DNA of 58,375 nucleotides, counting the filler, from Dugesia japonica (taxonomy: Eukaryota), in assembly GCA_001938525.1 (NCBI GenBank). It is 6 parts of 6 records of this genome, joined end to end, with 100 filler letters (N's around TTAATTAATTAA, not from the genome) between each part and the next. Parts side by side here need not be neighbours in the genome. Positions count along the whole stretch, not along the records: positions 41,146 to 49,689 come from MQRL01640226.1; positions 49,790 to 58,375 come from MQRL01614686.1; 4 more parts are not named here. One strand, given 5' to 3'. The first letter of the stretch is position 1, and each line of letters begins with the position of its first letter. The translations under genes and the position numbers were made by a program. Positions 47,775-58,375 of the stretch are shown one piece after another. The notes below the pieces were generated by a model. The model did not search any database. It was not told where the DNA came from and saw only the letters and a program-made list of their open reading frames with translations.

Positions 47775-50499
47775 TATATTATTCAATGTATTTTATAATA
47801 ATTTATTTTATGTTGTGAATTTATGGTAAAGAAATTTGGTTGGTCCCAAGAGTCCAAAATAAATTCCGTTGTTTGCACACATGGAGTGATTGTTATGTCT
47901 AAATTTAGTGCAAAATATTATTAANAAATATTTACTCGGTTTTAAAAAATAAAAAATTTAATAAAAATAAAATNAAAATAAAAATAGATAACAATAAAGT
48001 AAATTAATGATATATTCCATTCCATGTTAAATTAAGTATAAATTATAAATAGATCAATGTAACTTCTGAGTCCATTAGAATTTTAAAACTTTTATTTGAT
48101 TTTGACTTCGGGATTTGTTTTGAGACTACAGTAAAGTTTTACTGCTATGGAATATCCAAAAGCCTTTATTCCTTTCAACTTGTCGGTTTGTTCTGAGACC
48201 AATCTAATTTTATTTTGATTGTTTCTTTACTTTCAATTATTTTCAGCGGTTGCCAAGTTTCTGTATTATTTCAAATTTTAATTTTCAGATTCAGTATTAA
48301 TTATTGAAATAATTTAATTTTAAAGCCTGGCCTACAGTCTCTTCTAGAGAAAATTTATAATATTAAAGTAGGTAGATANTGGCGGACAAGATCACACTCC
48401 CCCCGCCCCTTTGCGTAATCGGATTATTACATAAGTGATCCAGTATTTTCTAATGTAAATAGGCGGTGGCACACATTTGTGTGCATTACATAATGTAATT
48501 AATTTCTTGGCGAGATTATTACATAAGTGATCCAGTATTTTTCATGTGTATTTAGGCGACGAACAAAATTTATGTGTGCAAGATTAATTTCATCGTCGAG
48601 AAATTTAGGTAATCGGATTAAGTGATCCATTATTTTTTATTTTTACTGTGTATTTAGTTGGGAAAATTTTTATAGGCTTTTTTAAGCAGTATAATTTTTC
48701 AAGCTTTTTAATCGGTAATATTTTTTAGGCTTTTTTAAGCGGTAGTTTTTTTACTGTAAGTTTAATTGGGAATTTATTCGGTGAGGTAGAATGAGATCAA
48801 TTTTTAATTGGTTTAAATGAATTTGGTCTAATTTTTCCTCGGGATTTTTAATTTTTGAGTGATTGGGTCAAATGTTATCATTGATAATTGTAATCTCATA
48901 TTATTTGACCATAGAGTTTCGAAAAATAAAAAGTAATTCAAATTTGACCATCAAAGTAAATAGTTGATAGAGAATTTTTTGTTGAGTAAGAAAACATGGT
49001 TATAAATCAACAATCTTTATTCTTGATTAAATAAATTTAAAAAGCAATTACTTTATATTATATTAGTTGGTCCCTGAGAAAATTTATAAGTATGAAATTT
49101 AAATTAAATTTAAATTTAAATTAATTAGCAANNNNNNNNNNNNNNNNNNNNNNNNNNNNNNNNNNNNNNNNNNNNNNNNNNNNNNNNNNNNNNNNNNNNN
49201 NNNNNNNNNNNNNNNNNNNNNNNNNNNNNNNNNNNNNNNNNNNNNNNNNNNNNNNNNNNNNNNNNNNNNNNNNNNNNNNNNNNTATATGAAGTACTTGCT
49301 TTTTGATTTATTTTATTAAGGATAAAGTTTGACAATTATTATACTAATATTAATGAATTTTATGTTTGTTTAGTCGCATCAAATTAATTAAAAACCATGT
49401 GTGTAATAATTTTAAATGAAAACTTTTTTTCGTCATAATTTTAAAATTCAGATAAACAATAAGGACTTCTTTAATTTTTGAATAGACTTTTATTTTAAAT
49501 GTTTAGAAAACCGAAATATTCAGCCAAATGTGTTATATTAATTATGAGTTTGTTTTAATATCAGAATTAACGAGGCAGATTTGCTTTTGAAATTAAAATA
49601 AATAAATTTTGGTTGCAGTCGATTTTTAGTTATTGTTCTCAACAAGCTATCGCGGCCATGAAATTTTTGAAGAAATTAAAGAATTTTGANNNNNNNNNNN
49701 NNNNNNNNNNNNNNNNNNNNNNNNNNNNNNNNNTTAATTAATTAANNNNNNNNNNNNNNNNNNNNNNNNNNNNNNNNNNNNNNNNNNNNATGTGTTAACT
49801 CAATAACTCAATATCAATAACTTTCATTGTTTCTTCTTCAATATTGATGATTACTTATTTAGTTCCACGAATGGTTTCCCCACAAGCTTGCGAAGATGCC
49901 ATCGGATCATGCGCCGTTTATTATGGGAGCGCCACCTAAAGCGCAAAGCGGATAGGGCTCTCTTAAAACATCTTGGCCAGCGCGACAGATTTATTAAGAA
50001 GCTAGACAAAATAATTAAAAGCAAAACGAATTGGCGACACAAACTAAGATTCTAGAAGCCGAGAATAAGCAGCTGTTGTTAAGGAAAATCGATTTTTTAA
50101 AGCATTATTTAGCCGATCTTTCTCGGCAAATCGGCAACCCAGCTTGGATTCAATGGAATGATGAGGAGGATTACGCTGCGTTCAATTTTACAACGAACGA
50201 CCCGAGCCAGTGGTTGGACCCTGGCGTAATGGATGATTTATAAATGTCATTTTAATAAATGTTGTGAGAATCATTGGTTTAAATTTTGTTGCAAGCTAAG
50301 GGAAATGGTAGAACTTGAATAAAAAGGCTTATGGGCGCGCACCTACGATTAAGAGAGAGGTCAACCACCATAAACCTAATACCTAACCTAGGGGCGTTAG
50401 GTTAAATTCTTGGGTGGGTTCCCCTGAGGGCTGTTTTTTGCTAGCCACAAACGTTTCTATTCAACTCAGGTGGGATCCCAACAGTCACTTTACCTATCG

Positions 50500-51800
50500 A
50501 AAACTATTAAGGTAAACCGAAAAAGTTTGATGAATTTTTCGAGCAGATGCTAATTTGCGCAATGGCAAGCTACTGGATAGAAACCGAATTAACTTTAAGA
50601 CTTCCATTGACCTAAAGAGGTTTGATCTGCAATGCTTTAAAAATATTAAAGCAATGACAGCGATTTGGAAAGATACAGTCACTGAATTAAGAAAATAGAT
50701 AGTTATACCAAGTGAATTAGAAAGAATTTATATTCAAAATTTAGAAACCGATTCCAAGGTAATAAAGAGTATGCTTGTAAATACATGTACAAATTAAGAA
50801 ATTTAGCTTTAAAGGCATTTGGTCAAGGCGAAAATATGGAAAATATGATAGATGATCAATTTTAAACGAAACTCATAACTATTTAAGAACTGCATTGATA
50901 GCAGTACAGTATAAAGATATCGAGGAACTGACAGCGAGAGCTAGCAAGATAGAAGCAATTTTTACCGGTAGAAATCGAGATAAATCTGTGTATGCTTTAA
51001 AAAAAATGATAATAATGAAGGATCTAAAGAAAAGGGTCCATGGGATAATTTCAAAAAGATATCGAGATTGCCAAGATAATAGAAAAGATAAAAATTACAA
51101 AAGAAATTCTGCTTACAGTAAATATTCTGATATTAGATATAAAAATGGGTAAAAATTACAAACAAGAGCATAATGGAAATTTTAGTTCTAATCGAAGTTT
51201 TAATAGAAATAACAGTCCCGGACGTAGGTTCAACAATAGCTCTGTGAGAAATCTTAATAGTGATAAAAGTCCTGGTAAATATTTCAATAAAGATTATAGA
51301 AACTCCAATTGGGAACGAAGATATAATAGAGAAAATAATTACAGAAATGGGCGAAGCCCCAAAAGAGTATATAATCGAAATTTTAGATATGAAAACGATA
51401 ATATTATCAATAAACGTGATTCAAGCCCGTATTTCTCAAATGAAGGAAGAGATAAATTAAATTCTAAAGAACAATTATAATAAATATGGACATATGGCTA
51501 GCTCATGCCAAAGTCAAAATACTGATACTCGTGATACACCTACAAAAATGTTAGTTTCAAACCAGGCACAAAGGAAGTAAATGCAATAGAAATGACAAAC
51601 TATGATGAATATGAAAAAATGCGATAAGAGTTACAAGAAATGAAAGCGCAAAATCAAAGATTAGTAGAGAGACAACAAGAAACAAGAAATTTAAAAATGG
51701 ATACATATGAAGTAACTGGAGTATAACCCGATGAAGAAGTAATAAATAAATGTTATCAAGATGCATTAAAAAATAATTTAAAAAGCGAATTAATTAAAGA
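50500..51800 (+). mobile_element. Degenerate LTR-retrotransposon gag
   Basis: KPKKFDEF, YMYKLRNLALKAFG...IDDQF, an R/N/S-rich basic region, and a decayed zinc knuckle YNKYGHMASSC (~51476-51510). Confidence 0.6.
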
Positions 51801-52484
51801 AAATATCAATGAATTGCAACTGTTACAATATTTAAAAGATATTAACAATTACCCAATTAACTATCATAAGCTAAAAAGAATAATAATGTTATTAGTGTTG
51901 GGGTGAAACACTCGGTTGTAGGAGAAAATCAAGGCTTGGGGCCCCAAATTAGAAAATAATAAAGTGAGGGGTCAAAAGAAAGTTAATTAAGACTAATCAC
52001 CACGTTGATAAAACTTATAATTAAAACAATTAGTAAAATCGGACGAAAAAGGCAAAAAGAAGAAAGAGAATATCGTATAGATGGAATATCATCTTTAATC
52101 AAGGATATTAATTAAAAGAAAAAAAAGTTATTATTAAAAAACAAAGAAATTATTATTAAAAATAATCGTTAATTACCAGGAAAATATTAATTAATTTTAG
52201 AAAAAAAAGATTTCAAATTAGACAAAAATCTGTTTTTCAAAGATATCTCTGCTCAGGAAAATCAAAGAAACTTTTAGTAAGAAAAACTGGTAAGAGAAGG
52301 TAACTGGCCAATAGAATTTAGTAACAAGAAAGTTCTACCATCACCAAGAGAGTCTCGAGAAGGGTTTAAAAAATAGACCAATAAGGGGCTAGAAAAGAAA
52401 CATAAAACAAAGCCCTGAAAATCACAAGGTGACCTAAAAATAGGCACCAATAATATAACAGAAAAGTGCCAAAAGTTTTAGAAT

Positions 52485-55400
52485 TTTGGATATTCTTGAA
52501 CTTTTTTTTATATATTATTACAAGATATCGGACAGCCTTGATATTTTAAAAGCTAATATTACTAGTAATCTGCCAGTCTTAATATTGTTTAATATATTAT
52601 TACAAGACATTTATGCATGGTAGTGACATTTTTGTTATTTTAAAGATATGATTACAAGATATTTATGCATGGTATATACATTCCTGATATTTCTTAAGAT
52701 AATATAACAAAATATCGGAAAGTCTTGATATATTTCAAAATATTAATTCAGTATATAAAACAGTCTTCATAATTTTTAAGATATTATTAGAAGATATTGG
52801 GCAGTCTTGATATTTTCAAAGATATTATTAGAAGAAATTTAATTATGGAATGGTATTTCTTGATATTTTTAAGATATTTTTACAATATATCTGTCAGTCT
52901 TCATATAATTAAAGACATTATTACATGATATCATTTAGCCGTGATACTTTTTAAGATATTATTACAAGAAAGGGTACAGTCTTGATATTTTTGAATATAT
53001 TATTAAAGGAATTGTATTAATGACGTGGACATTCTTGATATTTTTGAAGATATGATTACAAGACATTTATGCATATTATGGACATTCTTGAACTTCTTTT
53101 AGATTTTATTACAAGATATCGGACAGTCTTGATATTTTATAAGATATTATTAGAAGAAATTTAATCATAAAATGGTGATTCTTAATATTTTTTAAGATAT
53201 TGTTACTGTATATCTGTCAGTCTTCATATATTAGAAGACATTATTAGAAGATATCGGTTTGTCTTGATATTTTTAAGATATTATTACAGTAATTTTATTC
53301 ATGACATGGACATTTTTGATATTTTTGAAGATATATTTACAAGAAATTTATGCATTGTATGGACATCATTGAACATTTTTTAGATTTTATTACTAGTTAT
53401 CGTGCTGTCATGTTAAATTTAAAGAGATTATTACAAAATATACGACAGCCTTAATATTTTTAAGATATTATGGAAAGATTTCGGCCAGTCTTGATAATTT
53501 TAAGATATTATTTCATTATATCTGACAGTCTATAAATGTTTTAAGATAATATTACAAGATATCGGGAAGTCTTGATATTTTTGAAGATATTATTACAGGA
53601 AATGTATGCATGACGTGGACATTCTATATATTTTTAAAGATATGATTACAAAGAATTTATGCATATTATGGACATTCTTAAACTTTATTTAGATTTCATT
53701 ACAGGATATAGGACAGCTTTGATATTTTTAAAAATATCATTCCTAGATATCGGACAGTCTTGAGATTATTTAAGATATTTTTTACAGGATATCGTACAGT
53801 CATGATATTTTTTAAGATATTATTACAATATATCAAACAGTCTTGATAGTTTAAAGACTCTATTCCAGGATATCTTGTCGTCTTGATATTTTTAAAGACA
53901 TTATTACAAGATGTTGTGCAGTCTTGATATTTTCAAAGATATTATTAGAAGAAATTAATGCCTGTTATGGTGATAATTGATATTCTTTAAAATATTATTA
54001 CAAGATTTTGGGCCGTCTTCATATTTTTTAAGATATTATTACTAGTTACCATTCAGTCTTGATAAATTTAAAAACATTATTTCAAGATATCAGACAATCT
54101 TGATATTTTATGATATATTATTACACGATATCGGCTAGTCTTGATATTTCTTAAGATATGATTACAAGATATCGGTCAGTCTTGATTTTCTTTAAGATAT
54201 TATTACAAAATACCGGTTAATCTTAATATTTTTTAAGGTATAATTATTCACGATATCGGACAGTCTTGATATTTTCAAAGATGTTATTACAAGGTATCAG
54301 TTAGTCGTGATAAAATTTAGATATTTTTCAAGATATCGTACAGTATTGATATTTTTGAAGATATTATTACATGAAATCTATGCATGGTATGGACATTCCT
54401 GACCTTTTATTAGATATTATTTTAAGATATCGCACACCCTTGATAGTTTCAAAGATTTCATGATTAGTTATCTGACAGTCTTGATATTTTTAAAGATATT
54501 TTTACAAGATCTCTGACAGTCTTGATATGTTTAAGATATTATTACAAGACATTTTTGCATGGTAGTGACATTTTTTTATTTGAAAGATATGATTACAAAA
54601 TATTTATGCATGGTATAAACATTCGTGATATTTCTTAAAATAATAATACAAAATATCGGATAGTCTTGATATTCTTTAAGATATTAATTCAGGATTTAAA
54701 ACAGTCTTTATATTTTTGAAGATATTATTAGAAGATATTTATGCATGGTTTGGTGATTCTTGATATTTTTTAAGATATTGTTACAATATATCTGTCAGTC
54801 GTCATATAATTAAAGACATTATTACAAGATATCATTTAGTCGTGATAGTCTTTAAGATATTATTACAAGATATCGTACAGTCTTGATATTTTTGAAGATA
54901 TTATTAAAGGAAATGTATTCATGACATGGACATTTTTGATGTTTTTGAAGATATAATTACAAGACATTTATGCATATTTTGGACATTCTTGAACTTCTTT
55001 TAGATTTTATTACAAGATATCGGACAATCTTGAAATAATTTAAGATATTATTACCAGTTTTTGGACAGTTTTGATATTTTTGAATATATCAGTACACGAT
55101 ATCGGACAGTTTTGATATTTTCTAAGACATTATTACAATATATAGGACAGTCTTCATATTTTGAAAGATATTATAAAAAGAAATCTATGCATGGTATGGA
55201 CAGTCTTGATATTTTTAAAGTGTTTTTACAAATACTTTATGCATGGTATGGACATTCTTGATTCTTTAAGCACATTATTATAATAACTCTATGTAAATTA
55301 TGGACATATTTCCTGTAATAATATATTCTAAAATATCAAGACAGTACGATATCCTATAATAATATCTTAGTAAATATCACGGCTAAATGATATCTTGTAA

Positions 55401-57620
55401 TAATTTCTTAAATTATATGAAAACTGACAGATATATTGTAACAATATCTTTAAAAATATCAAGAATCACCAATCCATGATTTATTTCTTCTAAAATTATC
55501 GTAAAAAATATCAAAGCGGCCCGATATCTTGTAATAATATCTTAAATATATCAAGAATGTCAGGGATTTTATAAAATATCTTAAAGAATATCAAGACTGT
55601 CAGATAACTAGTAATGAAATCTTTAAAAATATCAAGGCTATCCAATATTTTAAAATAATATCTAATAGAATTTCTAGAATGTTCATACCATGCATACATT
55701 TCATGTAATAATATCTTCAAAAATATCAAGAATGTACGATATCTTGTAACAATATCTAAATTATATTACCTAATTAAATTGCCTAACAACGACTAACTGA
55801 TATCTTGTAATATTATTTTTGAAAATATCAAGACAAACCGATATCGTGAATAATTATATCTTAAAAAATATTAAGACTATCTGATATTTTGTAAAAATAT
55901 CTTAAACAAAATCAAGGCTGTTCGATATCTAGTAATCATATCTTAAGAAATATCAAGATTGGCAGATATCTTGTAATAATATATTATAAAATATCAAGAT
56001 TGTCTGATATCTTGTAAAATTGTCTTTAATTTCATCAAGACTGAATGGTAACTAGTAATAATATCTTAAAAAAATGTAGACGGCCCGAAATCTAGTAATA
56101 ATATTTTATAGAAATATCAATAATCACCATAACAGGCATTAATTTCTTCTTAAAATACCTTTGAAAATATCAAGACAAAACGATATCTTGTAATATTGTC
56201 TTCTAATATTTGAAGACTGAGAGATATACTGTAACAATATCTTAAAAAATATTAAGAATTACCATTCCATGATTAAATTTCTTCTAATAGTATTTTATAA
56301 AATACCAAGACTTTCCGATATCTAGTATTAATATCTTAAAAAAATCAAGGCTGTCAGATATCTTAAACTAATATCTAATAAAATGTCAAGAATGTCCATA
56401 CCATGCATAAATGTCTTGTAATGATATCTTCAAAAATATCAGGAATGTCCATCCCATACATACATTTCATGTAATAATATCTTCAAAAATATCAATACTG
56501 TATGATATCTTGTACAAATTATATCACGAATAACTGATATATTGTAATAGTATCTTTGAAAATATCAAGACTGTCTGAAATCGTGAATAATTATATCTTA
56601 AACAATATTAAGACAGTCAAATATTTTGTAATAATATCTTAAACAAAATCAAGGCTGTTCAATATCTAGTAATCATATCTTAAGAAATATCAAGACTGGC
56701 CGATATCTTTTAATAATATATTATAAAATATCAAGATTGTCTGATATCTTGTAAAATTGTCTTTAAATGTATCAAGACTGAACGGTAACTAGTAACAATA
56801 TCTTCAAAAATATCAAGACTGTACGACATCTTGTAATAATATCTAAACAAAAGTTCTAGAATGTCCATAATATTGATAAATGTCTTGTAATCATATCTTC
56901 AAAAATATCAAGAATGTCCATGTCATGAATACATTTCCTGTAATAATATATTCAAAAATATCAAGACTGTACCCTTTCTTGTAATAATATCTTAAAAAAT
57001 ATCACGGCTAAATGATATCATGTAATAATGTCTTTAATTATATGAAGACTGACAGATATATTGTAAAAATATCTTAAAAATTATCAAGAATCACCATTCC
57101 ATGATTAAATGTCTTCTAATAATATCTTGGAAAATATCAAGACTGTCCGATATCTTGTAATAATATCTTAAACCTATCAAGACTGTCAGAGATTTTGAAA
57201 AATTATCTTAAAAAATATCAAGACTGTCAGATAACTAGTAATGAAATCTTTAAAAACATCAAAGCTGTCCGATATCTTAAAATAATATCTAATAAAATCT
57301 CAAGAATGTCCATACCATGCACAAATGTCTTGTAATCATATCTTTAAAAATATCAAGACAAACCAATATATTGTAATATTGTCTTCTAATTTATGAAGAC
57401 TGACCGATATATTCTAACAATATCTTAAAAAATATCAAGAATCACCATTCCATTATTAAATTTCTTCTAATAATATCTTCGAAAATATCAAGACTGCCCA
57501 ATATCGTCTAATAATATCTTAAAGAATATGAAGACTGTCTGATATCTTGAATTTATATCTTCAAAATATCAATACTATCCGATATTTGGTAAAATTATCT
57601 TAAGAAATATCAGGAATGTA
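52485..57620. repeat. Complex satellite (~40-bp and ~52-bp units) arranged as a giant inverted repeat
   Basis: Units TTATTACAAGATATCGGACAGTCTTGATATTTTTAAGATA and TTATTACAAGACATTTATGCATGGTATGGACATTCTTGATATTTTTGAAGATA run to ~55306; their reverse complements run from ~55307. Confidence 0.95.
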
Positions 57621-58375
57621 TTAGTTTGTCACATATGAAATGCCCGATTACGCAAAATAGATAATAAAATCATTAATAGTCCAATAAAATCAAATTTTAT
57701 TTAGGTAAAATAGTGACCATAGGAATCTACACCTTTTTGCCATCTAGAAACTAGTTTCAAAATACTATTAGCCAAAATTGTTTTCTCTGGAGTGCTTAAA
57801 AAGTGATAATCTGTCAGAGATAAGTCGGGCAAATATGGTGAATGTGGCAAAGTTTCAAATTTTAAGTCTGTCAACTTTTGCGACGTTTTCTTTGCCACAT
57901 GTGGTCGGGCATTATCATGCAAGAGGATGATTCNNNNNNNNNNNNNNNNNNNNNNNNNNNNNNNNNNNNNNNNNNNNNNNNNNACGTTTTCTTTGCCACA
58001 TGTGGTCGGGCATTATCATGCAAGAGGATGATTCCTTTCCTATTGACCAATGAAGGCAGTTTAATGCATACTTTTTTGTGCATTAGTTCAATTTCAAAAC
58101 AGTATTTGTCTGAGTTAATAGTTTGACCTTCTTCTAACAAAGAAAAATGTATGATTCCAGCTATAGACCACCAAACTGTCAGCATTGTCTTTTTCGTGTG
58201 TAAATCCGGTTTAGGACAGTGTAAAGGAGGTTGATCGGCATCTAAATATTGTGCAGAGCTTCTACGATTGTGATGAATAACCCATTTTCCATCTTAAGTG
58301 ACAATGCGATCTAAAAAAGATTCCGATTTATTTCGATCCAGTAGCATTTGGCAAATTTTCAATCTTTGCGATTTT
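57621..58375 (-). mobile_element. Mariner element 3' half (cecropia/Hsmar1-like), continues beyond the window
   Basis: MLTVWWSIAGIIHF, LVNRKGIILLHDNARPHV, HSPYLPDLSLTDYHF, LVSRWQK; TIR-like TTAGTTTGTCACATATGAAATGCCCG after a TA. Confidence 0.93.

Noticed and set aside
49530-49630. LTR end plus primer-binding site (TGGTTGCAGTCG)
   Set aside because: No tRNA match could be verified, there is no second LTR, and a linker separates it from the gag remnant.
50370-50405. Telomeric repeat
   Set aside because: Only two or three imperfect TAACCT units; not an array.
55061-55729. Short ORFs within the satellite
   Set aside because: Chance open frames in repetitive DNA.
52485-57620. CRISPR array
   Set aside because: Units are contiguous and degenerate with no unique spacers; no cas genes; eukaryotic context.
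57884-58035. Tandem duplication of the HDNARPH region in the mariner
   Set aside because: The same ~50 bp flank both sides of an N gap; most likely an unmerged contig overlap.

Overview
This window is very AT-rich eukaryotic genomic DNA from a fragmented draft assembly. It has many N gaps, and five artificial N-TTAATTAATTAA-N linkers join separate contigs. Evidence points to an invertebrate animal, most plausibly a planarian-type flatworm (inference only): 42-nt GT-AG introns, (AAT)n microsatellites, an 18S rRNA fragment, and the transposon spectrum. Most of the window is decayed mobile DNA: Ty3/gypsy LTR elements, several Tc1/mariner elements (one with plant-type DD39D-like motifs), hAT elements and MITEs, Penelope-like elements, an RLE-type (NeSL/R2-like) non-LTR element, a Polinton/Maverick remnant, and a ~5 kb satellite arranged as a giant inverted repeat. 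Host genes seen are two exons of a PAP2 lipid-phosphatase-like gene, an intronless 495-aa multi-pass membrane ORF resembling a divergent otopetrin, and exon(s) of neurofibromin (NF1). The most striking observation is a frameshifted two-repeat TATA-binding-protein-like gene inside the Polinton remnant, head-to-head with the packaging ATPase. All family assignments come from recognising motifs by eye; no database search was run.
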